NCBI GenBank assembly: GCA_015665265.1
Contig: JADFAM010000033.1
Location: 2,035-66,034, forward strand
DNA from: Flavobacterium sp.
Lineage (GTDB): Bacteria; Bacteroidota; Bacteroidia; Flavobacteriales; Flavobacteriaceae
DNA length: 64,000 bases
Direction: 5' to 3'
The position numbers and the translations under genes were made by a program. The stretch's first letter is position 1, and each line of letters starts with the position of its first letter. This document shows positions 1 to 8,902 of the stretch, one piece after another. The notes under the pieces are model-generated. The model was not told the origin of the DNA, searched no databases, and saw only the letters and a program-made list of their open reading frames with translations.

Positions 1-136
1 ACACTACTGAAACGGCAACACCTGAATCTCCTGTAAGAGCACTAGCAGGTAAATCTGTTTCAAAATCTTCTATAACAGTTTGCGAAAAACCAGCAAAACT
101 TATTAAGAGTAATAAAATTAGAGTAATTTTTTTCAT
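1..136 (-). CDS. N-terminal fragment (45 codons) of a secreted protein that runs off the left edge; probably a further PUL-associated glycan-binding or degrading protein
   Basis: ATG at 134-136 on the minus strand. Hand translation is MKKITLILLLLISFAGFSQTVIEDFETDLPASALTGDSGVAVSVV. It has a hydrophobic signal peptide ending FSQ, like other secreted proteins here. IEDFE resembles IQNFE, which opens the CBM-like module at 12951-13397. Confidence 0.5.
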   Translation of the reverse strand, partial: MKKITLILLLLISFAGFSQTVIEDFETDLPASALTGDSGVAVSVV

Positions 137-197
137 GATTAAATTGAATTTAATATTATTGAACCCCAAATATCATCAATTTTAACCCTTACATATT

Positions 198-205
198 CAA
201 AATTA
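198..205 (-). promoter_or_regulatory. Candidate Bacteroidota -7 promoter box (TAnnTTTG) for the gene starting at 136
   Basis: Plus-strand caaaatta equals minus-strand TAATTTTG, 62 nt upstream of the ATG. A TGTATAGTT motif copy (217-225, minus) lies just upstream of it. Confidence 0.35.
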
Positions 206-270
206 ACCCATACAAAAACTATACAGTATTGGTTTTTAGTGCTAAACGCTGTTATATAAACACAACATTC

Positions 271-1170
271 CTATTTCAACTCATCAAACTTCAATTGTTC
301 ATCCTTATCCCAAATACCCCAATAGGATCCAACATCTCCCTCAGAATCTACTTTCCAAGACTCATCAAATGAGGAGAAGTAGAAGATATCTATGTCTTCT
401 TCTTTAGACCAGGTTTGAGCATTGATAAAATACTTCATGGCATTTTCTTCTGACGGAACTGCTCCTGCTAAATTAGAACCCTCACTTGGCCATCCTGTTT
501 CAGTAATAATTACTTTTTTACCTTTCCCTGCACGAAGCGCTCTTTGGTACATATCTTTCATGTATAACAATGAATAGTCTTGATGGCACCCTTCCCAAAA
601 AGGGTAACAGTTGGCTAAAATAATATCACAAGCATCAGAAATAGCAGGCCTATCTTCAAACTCATAGTATGCATCTACATATCCTACGGGTACGTCTTCA
701 GTAATCCCTTCTTTAACCTCATTTATAAATGAAAGTAATTCTTGTTCCGATAAGTCTTGTCTGTACATTACTTCGTTACCAACGGCAGCGATGTCAACAT
801 ATCCTTCATTTGCTAACTTAATTAGACCTGCAATTTCTTTTTTATTAATCTCTGCATCGTTTCCTAGCCAAGCACCAACAAATGTTTTGATACCTAATTC
901 ACGAGCTACTTTAGGAATTAATTCATTTCCTTCTGTACACGAAAAAGAACGTATCCATTTGGTATAAGGTTTTATAATTTTTAATCGGCGTCTAATCTGA
1001 TCTTCTGTTAATGTATCTCCTGGTTGTTGCCCTTCTTCATATGGGCTTGAACAAAATCCATGTACTCCATCGAATAATACCTCTTTAAAAATAGCTTTTA
1101 ATTCTTTTGTTGATTTTTTAGATAAATCTACGTTTGTTAACGATAGAATCTTTTCTTCTCTTACTGACAT
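271..1170 (-). CDS. Glycoside hydrolase family 17 (beta-1,3-glucanase/glucosidase type), no signal peptide, predicted cytoplasmic
   Basis: 299-aa ORF. GH17-type catalytic motifs are AAVGNEVMY (acid/base Glu) and IITETGWPSEG (nucleophile Glu). The N-terminus MSVREEKILSLTN is hydrophilic. It is the last gene of the PUL operon, 14 nt after the symporter gene. Confidence 0.8.
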   Translation of the reverse strand: MSVREEKILSLTNVDLSKKSTKELKAIFKEVLFDGVHGFCSSPYEEGQQPGDTLTEDQIRRRLKIIKPYTKWIRSFSCTEGNELIPKVARELGIKTFVGAWLGNDAEINKKEIAGLIKLANEGYVDIAAVGNEVMYRQDLSEQELLSFINEVKEGITEDVPVGYVDAYYEFEDRPAISDACDIILANCYPFWEGCHQDYSLLYMKDMYQRALRAGKGKKVIITETGWPSEGSNLAGAVPSEENAMKYFINAQTWSKEEDIDIFYFSSFDESWKVDSEGDVGSYWGIWDKDEQLKFDELK

Positions 1171-1184
1171 TTTTTAAATACTCT

Positions 1185-2609
1185 TTAATTATTTGTTATT
1201 TGTGTATTTTTTCTTTTTTCTAATTCAGTTCTAATTTCATGCGCTCTTTCTTCTGTAATACTATAATTACGCATGATAAGCATCGCTAAAATTGTTCCAA
1301 CCATTGGGAAAAAACAAAAGAAAGCATGCAACCCATCAACTGCAGCTTGTTGGTCTGTTGTTGCTAGATCAGAGTTAAAACCCACTACAGTAATAATTAC
1401 ACCACTAAGTGCTCCAGCAATACCATAACCTACTTTTACCATCCACCAATAGATAGCACCAAAAATACCTTCTCTTCGCTTTCCGGTATTTATTTCATCT
1501 ATATCAATAACATCTGCAGTCATAGACATCATAATGGTAAATAAACTTCCTATACCAAAAGAAAAGAAAGGCAATGCAATAATATACATCCATGGTTTCC
1601 CTGGAATAAATAAGAAATAAAGCATGATATAGCCTACTAATGAAATAGATTGTGCTAGCATAAAAGCTTTTTTCTTCCCTAATTTTTTTGACATCCAAGC
1701 AACAGCCGGAATCACAATAAAAGTAGTTCCTAATGCACCTAAACATCCAAACATAGAGACCCATATTCCGCTGGCACCAGCATCTCCGTTAAATAATTTA
1801 TATACAATTACAAAAAAAGTAAGGGCAGCTACTGTGTTAAAGGCATTAAATATTAAAAAAGTTGCCCCACATAATTTTCGAAATTCTTTGATTTTAAATG
1901 CAGCTACAAAACTTTCAAATATTTTCATTAGGCTATTCCCAATATTTGCTGAGTTTAAAGGCTCATAGTCTTCGTCTAGTGTTGAGTCGCTTTTTATAAA
2001 AATTGCGGGCACCATAGCACAAATTGCACAGGGTATGGCAACCCAAATTGCCAATTCTTTTACAGCAACATCTGCCGAAGGAAACCAGCTTTCATCATAC
2101 ATAATAATCCAAAACAAAGGGGCAATTACCCATGCCCATTGCCCAATAAATTGAGCTATTGCCATAATGTTGGTGCGTTCATGAAAATCATCACTCATTT
2201 CATATCCCATGGCTACATAAGGAACACTAAAAATAGTTAGACCTAAATAAAATACTAAAGACCACAAGAAGAAATACCAAAAGTTATATTCTACTCCATC
2301 AGCCTTACTCAACTGCCACATAAAAATATAGGCAAGACCCATAAGGATACCTCCAATTAGAACATATTGTCTTCGTCTTCCCCATTTAGATTTTGTATTG
2401 TCTGAAATAAAGCCCATAATTGGATCAGTAATTGCATCAAAAATCCTAGGGAAAAGAAATACTAAAGACCACATCCAGCCAGAAAAACCTAAATCTTCAA
2501 CCAAAACAACCATAAAGATTCCTAAGATGGCTGGAAACATTTGGTTGGCTAACATCCCAAAACCAAAGGCTATTTTTTGTCCCATAGGGACTTTACTTGT
2601 TCTAGACAT
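1185..2609 (-). CDS. GPH/MFS-type sugar (oligosaccharide):cation symporter
   Basis: 474 aa with about 12 hydrophobic segments. The loop motif SDNTKSKWGRRRQY resembles the GPH-family D..T...GRRRP signature. It is embedded among glycoside hydrolase genes. Confidence 0.8.
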   Translation of the reverse strand: MSRTSKVPMGQKIAFGFGMLANQMFPAILGIFMVVLVEDLGFSGWMWSLVFLFPRIFDAITDPIMGFISDNTKSKWGRRRQYVLIGGILMGLAYIFMWQLSKADGVEYNFWYFFLWSLVFYLGLTIFSVPYVAMGYEMSDDFHERTNIMAIAQFIGQWAWVIAPLFWIIMYDESWFPSADVAVKELAIWVAIPCAICAMVPAIFIKSDSTLDEDYEPLNSANIGNSLMKIFESFVAAFKIKEFRKLCGATFLIFNAFNTVAALTFFVIVYKLFNGDAGASGIWVSMFGCLGALGTTFIVIPAVAWMSKKLGKKKAFMLAQSISLVGYIMLYFLFIPGKPWMYIIALPFFSFGIGSLFTIMMSMTADVIDIDEINTGKRREGIFGAIYWWMVKVGYGIAGALSGVIITVVGFNSDLATTDQQAAVDGLHAFFCFFPMVGTILAMLIMRNYSITEERAHEIRTELEKRKNTQITNN

Positions 2610-2614
2610 AATTA

Positions 2615-4108
2615 TTAAATCGTATTAATTAATATTGTTTGTATTGCTTGTGCGTTTATTGAAATGGTAGTTACTTCTGATCCTAATGAAAGCTGAAAAC
2701 TTTTTTGAGTTGTTCCTTCATTAAAAATGACCACGGCAATTGATCCATCGGTATTTTTTGCAGCAGTAACCATTAAATCTTCATCTGATTTTTGGACTTC
2801 TATAATTTCAGCCTGAGGTCTAATGTATTTACTGAAATGTGCCATCGTATAATATAAAGGAGTAAAGTAAACCTCGTCTTTTTCTAGATCTACAATTACA
2901 GGAGCCACGCACCAGTTTTTAAACCAGTTTGGACCTCCCTGAGTGTCTAAAACCATGTTCCAGTCTACCCAACCATCTACCCAGTTGTTTAGACATCCAA
3001 TAATGTCTCTGGCATACCTGTTTACAGGTGCATACTTAGGGTGTAGATGTTTATCTTTCTTAGAAGCCCAGTCCCAACCCCAGTCTGTTGCTTCTTTACT
3101 CCAGTACCAATCATCATCTTGCCATTTAGGGATTTCTGAATCTACACAACCCTCAGTTTCAATTAAGTACTTATTTGGAGCTTTGTTGTGTGCATATTGT
3201 AATGCATCAGGAAAAAAATCATAGGTACTTTCATACCAATGAATAGCTGTACCATCAAAGTATTTAGAAGAGTTATCATCTCTATACATTTCATCTACCC
3301 ATTCTTGTAAACCTGCTCTATTTTGGTCGTAACCTAAGATTATTTTATTCCCATAACCATCTTTTTCTAATTTTGGACCTAAATGAAATTGAACAAAATC
3401 AGTCATTTCCTTTGGGGTATAGTGCATGCTTTCCCAATTATCTCCATTACCATGTGGCTCGTTTTCTACTGTAAACCCCCAGATATCAATACCTTCAGCC
3501 TTGTATGCTGTTAAGTATTTTGAGAAAAATAACGCCCAAGTATCATAATATTTTGGAAGTAATTTACCACCAACCCACTTATTATTATCTTTCATCCAAG
3601 GGGCAGCAGACCATGGTGATGCTATGATTTGGAAGCCATCTTCAGAAATTTTCATAGCGTCTTTAATCATTGGAATAAGATCATCTTTGTCTTCTTGGAT
3701 AGAAAAATGTTTGAGCTCTACGTCATTCTCAACAGGAGAATATGAATAGTTTGATAGTGAAAAATCACATGAGTTCATGTGTGTTCTAGTTAGTGAATAG
3801 TTGGCTCCTTCTTTTGAAAAATAGGCACTTAATATTGTATCACGATTTTTAGAACTTAATTTATTTAACAAATAAGCGGAAGCTTCTGTAAAAGAACCAC
3901 CAAAACCTGTAATTTTTTGATATGTTATTTCCGGATTAATACGAATAGAAGAAACTTCACTAGCCTTTGTAAAACTAGTTACTTGGCTTAATTTATTTCC
4001 ATTTTTTGAAGTTTCTATAACTTTTACCGATAAAGATTTTTCTGATGTGCAAGAGAGGACACTCATAAAGATTAGTGTTAAAAAAAAGTATATCCTGGTT
4101 AATTTCAT
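2615..4108 (-). CDS. Glycoside hydrolase family 30 (glucosylceramidase-like; beta-1,6-glucosidase type in laminarin PULs), lipoprotein-type signal
   Basis: 497 aa. Signal peptide ends in Cys (MSVLSC-TSEK). Clan A motifs are FTVENEPHG (acid/base) and YLIETEGC (nucleophile). A C-terminal beta-sandwich is typical of GH30. Confidence 0.8.
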   Translation of the reverse strand: MKLTRIYFFLTLIFMSVLSCTSEKSLSVKVIETSKNGNKLSQVTSFTKASEVSSIRINPEITYQKITGFGGSFTEASAYLLNKLSSKNRDTILSAYFSKEGANYSLTRTHMNSCDFSLSNYSYSPVENDVELKHFSIQEDKDDLIPMIKDAMKISEDGFQIIASPWSAAPWMKDNNKWVGGKLLPKYYDTWALFFSKYLTAYKAEGIDIWGFTVENEPHGNGDNWESMHYTPKEMTDFVQFHLGPKLEKDGYGNKIILGYDQNRAGLQEWVDEMYRDDNSSKYFDGTAIHWYESTYDFFPDALQYAHNKAPNKYLIETEGCVDSEIPKWQDDDWYWSKEATDWGWDWASKKDKHLHPKYAPVNRYARDIIGCLNNWVDGWVDWNMVLDTQGGPNWFKNWCVAPVIVDLEKDEVYFTPLYYTMAHFSKYIRPQAEIIEVQKSDEDLMVTAAKNTDGSIAVVIFNEGTTQKSFQLSLGSEVTTISINAQAIQTILINTI

Positions 4109-4122
4109 TTGACTGTATATTT

Positions 4123-5406
4123 TTATAATGTGGTATTATTTTTTTTGAACGGAGGAACATGTACCTCTAAAAGTAAACTGTCTTTATTTCCATTATACGT
4201 TTTTGTAATTGAATTTTTATTTCTACCCAAGCCGTCAAAAACCCCTTCATCCACTAAATCCCAAAGGGCGTATTTAGCTTTGCCATCAATAGTAAACAAT
4301 CCAAAGTGATTTTCTGAACCTTTTGGATTTGGAGCATCTTTCCAAACTTCATCAAAAGCTTCAAAATAGAAACATGAGATACCAGCTTTTGCAGTCCATT
4401 CTCTCATGTGATGATAGTACAAGGCTTCTTTATATTCATCAGTTGCTTTACTTCCTTTATTACCATAAAGTCCATTTGAAAACGAGGCCCAGCCTGTTTC
4501 GCCAATATGTATTGGTTTTTTTATCCCTAGATTTTTTACGTAGTTGGCAACACTATCATATTGAGATATTGCATAATCTCTAGCTCTTAACATGATATTA
4601 TTTACTTTCTCTATGTTGGGTTTTTCTTCTTTTGTATACCAAAAAACAGGATTATAATGAGTGTCATGCATAGGGTAGGTGTGCATAGAAATATAATCTA
4701 CTTCTTCAATAAGTTTATTTAAATCTTCTGTGTGATATTCATCATTTCCGCCTCCCCAAGAAGCAAAATTATCTGAACTAGTAATCCAAAGATTTTTTGG
4801 AAGTTTCTTTTGCTTTTTTAAGTCTTGAAGATAAGACACCCATTTAAGTATTACCGACGGCTGAACATAATAATTTGTTGCCCATTTTACCATTGCCTCG
4901 TTTCCTACAGCTATAATTTTTACAATACTTGGGTATTTATTTGCCAATGAAACAGCTCTAGCTATTTCACTTTTATTTTGATCGCTCTCTATTTGGTGAT
5001 CAACAGGATGATTAGTCCAAGCATTTTTACAATCTATCCAAGCGCCTAACATGACATACATTTCAAAAGAGGGATTTTCACTTTTTAGTTCTCGTATGGC
5101 CTCAAGGATTGTTTCTGCTTGAGCTAATTGAACATTATAGGTTCTTAGAATTTTAATTTTCATAGCATGAAGAATTTTCATGTCTTCTTTTATTTCTGCT
5201 ACAGTTGGCTGAATACCTCTGGTAGATTTTCTGTATCCACCATAGGAAATGGCTAAATAATTTGGGTTTCCCAATATGTCCTTTGCTGTCAATTGTATCT
5301 TCTGTTTTGGGTTTTTTTGCAATTTTTTGTTCTTTTTATCATCTTCACAAGACAATATGATGCATGAAATGGCTATGGTATATAGATAAAATTTCAACCT
5401 CATCAA
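4123..5406 (-). CDS. Glycoside hydrolase family 17 endo-beta-1,3-glucanase-like lipoprotein
   Basis: 427 aa. The lipoprotein signal IILSC is followed by acidic EDDKK. GH17 motifs are IAVGNEAMV and IHIGETGWASF. It is a paralogue of 271-1170. Confidence 0.8.
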   Translation of the reverse strand: MMRLKFYLYTIAISCIILSCEDDKKNKKLQKNPKQKIQLTAKDILGNPNYLAISYGGYRKSTRGIQPTVAEIKEDMKILHAMKIKILRTYNVQLAQAETILEAIRELKSENPSFEMYVMLGAWIDCKNAWTNHPVDHQIESDQNKSEIARAVSLANKYPSIVKIIAVGNEAMVKWATNYYVQPSVILKWVSYLQDLKKQKKLPKNLWITSSDNFASWGGGNDEYHTEDLNKLIEEVDYISMHTYPMHDTHYNPVFWYTKEEKPNIEKVNNIMLRARDYAISQYDSVANYVKNLGIKKPIHIGETGWASFSNGLYGNKGSKATDEYKEALYYHHMREWTAKAGISCFYFEAFDEVWKDAPNPKGSENHFGLFTIDGKAKYALWDLVDEGVFDGLGRNKNSITKTYNGNKDSLLLEVHVPPFKKNNTTL

Positions 5407-5415
5407 CTTTTTTTT

Positions 5416-8400
5416 CTATTTTAAATATGAGCTATTTACATGCGCTTTAATTTGAACAACATCTCCAGTTCTTTTAAATATTTTTTCGCTTGTTTTGTAA
5501 TCTATAGTCAATGCATCAATTTTAGAAGAAGTTCCATCTTTAAAAATGATCTCTAAACAATCTTTTTCGGAAATGTGATAAATAATAGGTACTTGACAAT
5601 AGGTAAATGCGAGAGAATTGGTCGGGATTATGATACTTTGGGTTCCTCTGAAAAGGCTTAAATATTCAAAACTTGTTTCCTTAGAAAGAAACTCTTCTTT
5701 TCTTAATAAGCAAGGATTAAAATATAATTTACCATGTTTTACAAAAACACCTAATTCACCAAACCTAGTGATAACATCCTCTTTTACTTGACCGGTCATT
5801 CCTGGTTGTTGAGCACCTTTTCCTCCTGGAGTGTGAGAGTAGGGATCTGTTGGAAAAGCACCATATAATTCTGGTGATTTATGAACGCCTATACCTTCAT
5901 TTATTTCGTAGAAGTGTTCAAGCAGATGACCAATCATTTTTTCATCTTCCCCACTAGAGACTGCTTGCAAACAAGACTCTTGAACAGCTAACAATAATTT
6001 TGAAACCATGTGCCAATAGATAGAGCCTAATCCTTCATAACCATAAAATGTACCTGATCTACCTGTAAATGCTTTGTGATTAAAAACATCTTCAAAAGCT
6101 TGAAGAATTTTTGGAGTATCTGAGGCTAGCAGATCATTGTATTTTGAGCCAGTTAGTTTTTCTAGAGCTTCAGTAACATCATTTGCGTTTTTAAAATTAC
6201 CGTTAAAATGATATGCACCGTTTACATCTCTTTCAATAATTTGAACAGCATTATCTTTTAACATTTCTTGAAACAACTTAGATGATAAAACAGCATCTTC
6301 AGATATTGTATTTCTATCTAAAAACCCTTTAAGTTCTTTGAAAGGATAAAGTAAATAACTGTATTGATCTTTTCTAAAAAGCTTACTTTCTTTTAAGGCG
6401 TTCAATACATTTAAAGTTTCTTTACCGTCTAGATAACCAGAACTTAACACAGCAACCTGACCCTCTAACATTTCACTTAAGTAGCTTACAGAAACAGAGT
6501 TGTCATTATTTACTGTCATTAAATTGTAAGCGTGATACAAATTATCTGAACGTTTGTTCGCTTTAATAGAATGCTCTAGGTATGACTTACTTAGGCTTAC
6601 AAACCTTTTTAATTTGTCAAAAGATAGTTTTGTTTTTCTACCAGAGAATGCATGGTTATAAACTTGCATTCTAAACTCACTTCCAGCTTCTCCTAGCGCA
6701 TCAAGAATTATCTTTTTATTTGTGTTATTAATTGATGATGATAATAATCCTTTATTCTTTTCAAAAGTAGCTAGCACTTTATCAAAAAATTGTAATATTT
6801 CATTTGAAACTTCAACTTCTTGAGTAGAGGAACTTTCTAATAATTCTTCAAAGAAATTGAAAAAACGGTTTAAGTAATACAAAGTAACCATAGAAACTCC
6901 GTTACCAACAAGGGCATTGTTGGCATCATTCCACTCTGGTCTTTGCGTGTTCATCCAAATTCCTCCCTCTGGAATAAAATTAGATAACTTAGCTAACGAA
7001 GTAGCTAGAATTTTTTCAATAAAATTTGCTTTAATGATGAAGCGATGTTCATCTCTTAGTAGGGCACCGTCTGCCCCTAGAGTTGATCTTTCTTCACGTA
7101 TTTTATTGTCTAATTGCTGGTCAAAAATTATCGTGTCTTTAGGGTTTTTAAGTAATTCTTGATATGATTTTATTTTGTAAGGGACGTTTGCATAAACAAA
7201 TAAGTCTTTAGTAAAGAAACTCTCTAATCTACCTGGTTTGTGGTTATTTATAAACTCTAAAAATTTTAACAAGTAGATGATTTGATGGTCACCCCAGTAT
7301 CCGATATATGACCAAGGATCATCTGGTTCAATAGTCTCCCAGTCAAAACCTCCTTTGGTTACTCTGTAAGGATTGTAGCCATCAAAAGTTGTAGCATTTA
7401 AAAATTTATGAATCATACTTTCAATAAATTCTGGATATGAGTGCGCTAAGGCCTCCCAGTTTTGAAAGATATCTCTCCAGTTACCCTCGTAATCTAATAT
7501 TTTGGAACCATCAATTTCATTTCTTGTATTGATTGAAAATTTATTCCAGGGCCTACTTGGGTCTCCATGGCGTCTGCTAAATTTTAATGGCATATACTCT
7601 AAACAAAGACGTCTAAAGTTTTTATCTTCATTATCATATGCTATCTTTTGAAGATCAGAAAGTGAAAATTCTTTTGGAAGTTTTTTTATGATTTCCTCAG
7701 AGGTAAAAGCAACTTTTGTATTTGCTTGTTCTAAATAATTTTTAAAATCCCACTTTTCAATTTGATAGTTATTATCAAAAATTCCACCACGCATAATATT
7801 AAAAAGCGTGTTTGCAAAATGGCGGGTATCTTTAAGGTTGTCCGAAGTGATTTGTATAGCATCTGAGGCAGAATTTAAATCAACTAAACGCCTAGTTCCT
7901 GCATTAATGTCATCATTTATTATGTCTATCAAAGATGATTCCTCTTGGATATGTTTTGATAATTTTGCAATGCTAGAATGATTTTGATTTACATTAGCAA
8001 TAATCATCCACTCTTTAGAGGATTCTTTTTCTAATATAATATCTGAATTTAAAAAGTAAGCCCCTTTCTCAGCTTTTACGTCTATTTCCTGGTTTATTGA
8101 TTTTCCTAACCTAAAATCATTTAATTGTAAAGAAGAGAGAAGGTATTTGGGGTTGTCTAATCCTAAAGACCAAACCACATTTGCTTTGAGAGCCTCACTT
8201 GCTTCCGCTTTGTCTACTAATATGGCGCTTAATGCAAAAATTCCAAGACCAGTTTTTTCTTCAAGTTCATTTCGCTTATATGCGTCAACAAGATTACTGG
8301 ATTGATTTTGCTCGTCACTTCCAATACTTGCTGGCATGATGTTTTGAATTCCGTCAAGTAAAGATACTTTTACAGCACTCCCGCTTATATTGATGAGTTT

Positions 8401-8886
8401 TGATTTCTTTATAAATCCAAAAGTATTGCTTGAGCTCCATTGATATCTGAAAATTAATTCTAGATCATGGTTAATTTCTTCAAAAATAATTTTGTTTCCA
8501 TATTTATTTTTATAAAGATTTTGGGTTGTGGAATAGCTTCCTAAAGACCTGACTGCTAATGGTTCCCACATAAAATCTTGGTTATCTTTAGATACTTTGA
8601 AAATAGATTTATTCCCTGTAATGTCTGCAGATTCTGTAATTTTATCGTCTGTGTAGTAAGGGAATAATGCATATTCAGAATTTTTTCTACCAGCAGTTAG
8701 TCCTCCATTACTTGATATAAACATCCAATGATTAGAATCACTTACAATACTCATAAAGAAAGGACGCATTACATCATTATTTGAAATCTGATAATATAAT
8801 TCATCGTCTATGATTACAGACTTCAATTCAACATCCATATTGTCTAATGAGGTTTCTTTTGTTACTATGTTAGTTTCGTTACTCAT
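5416..8886 (-). CDS. Large cytoplasmic GH94/GH149-like protein, candidate beta-1,3-glucan (laminari-oligosaccharide) phosphorylase
   Basis: 1156-aa uninterrupted ORF in an AT-rich genome with no signal peptide. Motifs are QRPEWNDANNAL (WND, as in the GH94 general-acid motif) and YSHTPGGKGAQQPGMTGQVKE (TG loop like the GH94 phosphate site). Its size and PUL context match what I recall of bacterial GH149. The function is inferred. Confidence 0.55.
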   Translation of the reverse strand: MSNETNIVTKETSLDNMDVELKSVIIDDELYYQISNNDVMRPFFMSIVSDSNHWMFISSNGGLTAGRKNSEYALFPYYTDDKITESADITGNKSIFKVSKDNQDFMWEPLAVRSLGSYSTTQNLYKNKYGNKIIFEEINHDLELIFRYQWSSSNTFGFIKKSKLINISGSAVKVSLLDGIQNIMPASIGSDEQNQSSNLVDAYKRNELEEKTGLGIFALSAILVDKAEASEALKANVVWSLGLDNPKYLLSSLQLNDFRLGKSINQEIDVKAEKGAYFLNSDIILEKESSKEWMIIANVNQNHSSIAKLSKHIQEESSLIDIINDDINAGTRRLVDLNSASDAIQITSDNLKDTRHFANTLFNIMRGGIFDNNYQIEKWDFKNYLEQANTKVAFTSEEIIKKLPKEFSLSDLQKIAYDNEDKNFRRLCLEYMPLKFSRRHGDPSRPWNKFSINTRNEIDGSKILDYEGNWRDIFQNWEALAHSYPEFIESMIHKFLNATTFDGYNPYRVTKGGFDWETIEPDDPWSYIGYWGDHQIIYLLKFLEFINNHKPGRLESFFTKDLFVYANVPYKIKSYQELLKNPKDTIIFDQQLDNKIREERSTLGADGALLRDEHRFIIKANFIEKILATSLAKLSNFIPEGGIWMNTQRPEWNDANNALVGNGVSMVTLYYLNRFFNFFEELLESSSTQEVEVSNEILQFFDKVLATFEKNKGLLSSSINNTNKKIILDALGEAGSEFRMQVYNHAFSGRKTKLSFDKLKRFVSLSKSYLEHSIKANKRSDNLYHAYNLMTVNNDNSVSVSYLSEMLEGQVAVLSSGYLDGKETLNVLNALKESKLFRKDQYSYLLYPFKELKGFLDRNTISEDAVLSSKLFQEMLKDNAVQIIERDVNGAYHFNGNFKNANDVTEALEKLTGSKYNDLLASDTPKILQAFEDVFNHKAFTGRSGTFYGYEGLGSIYWHMVSKLLLAVQESCLQAVSSGEDEKMIGHLLEHFYEINEGIGVHKSPELYGAFPTDPYSHTPGGKGAQQPGMTGQVKEDVITRFGELGVFVKHGKLYFNPCLLRKEEFLSKETSFEYLSLFRGTQSIIIPTNSLAFTYCQVPIIYHISEKDCLEIIFKDGTSSKIDALTIDYKTSEKIFKRTGDVVQIKAHVNSSYLK

Positions 8887-8902
8887 TTGGTATAGTACTT
8901 TT

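Noticed and set aside
1504-4583. Short track ORFs 1504-1764, 2398-2628, 2943-3224, 4109-4309 and 4323-4583
   Set aside because: All lie within or antisense to the MFS, GH30 and GH17 genes and have no independent support.
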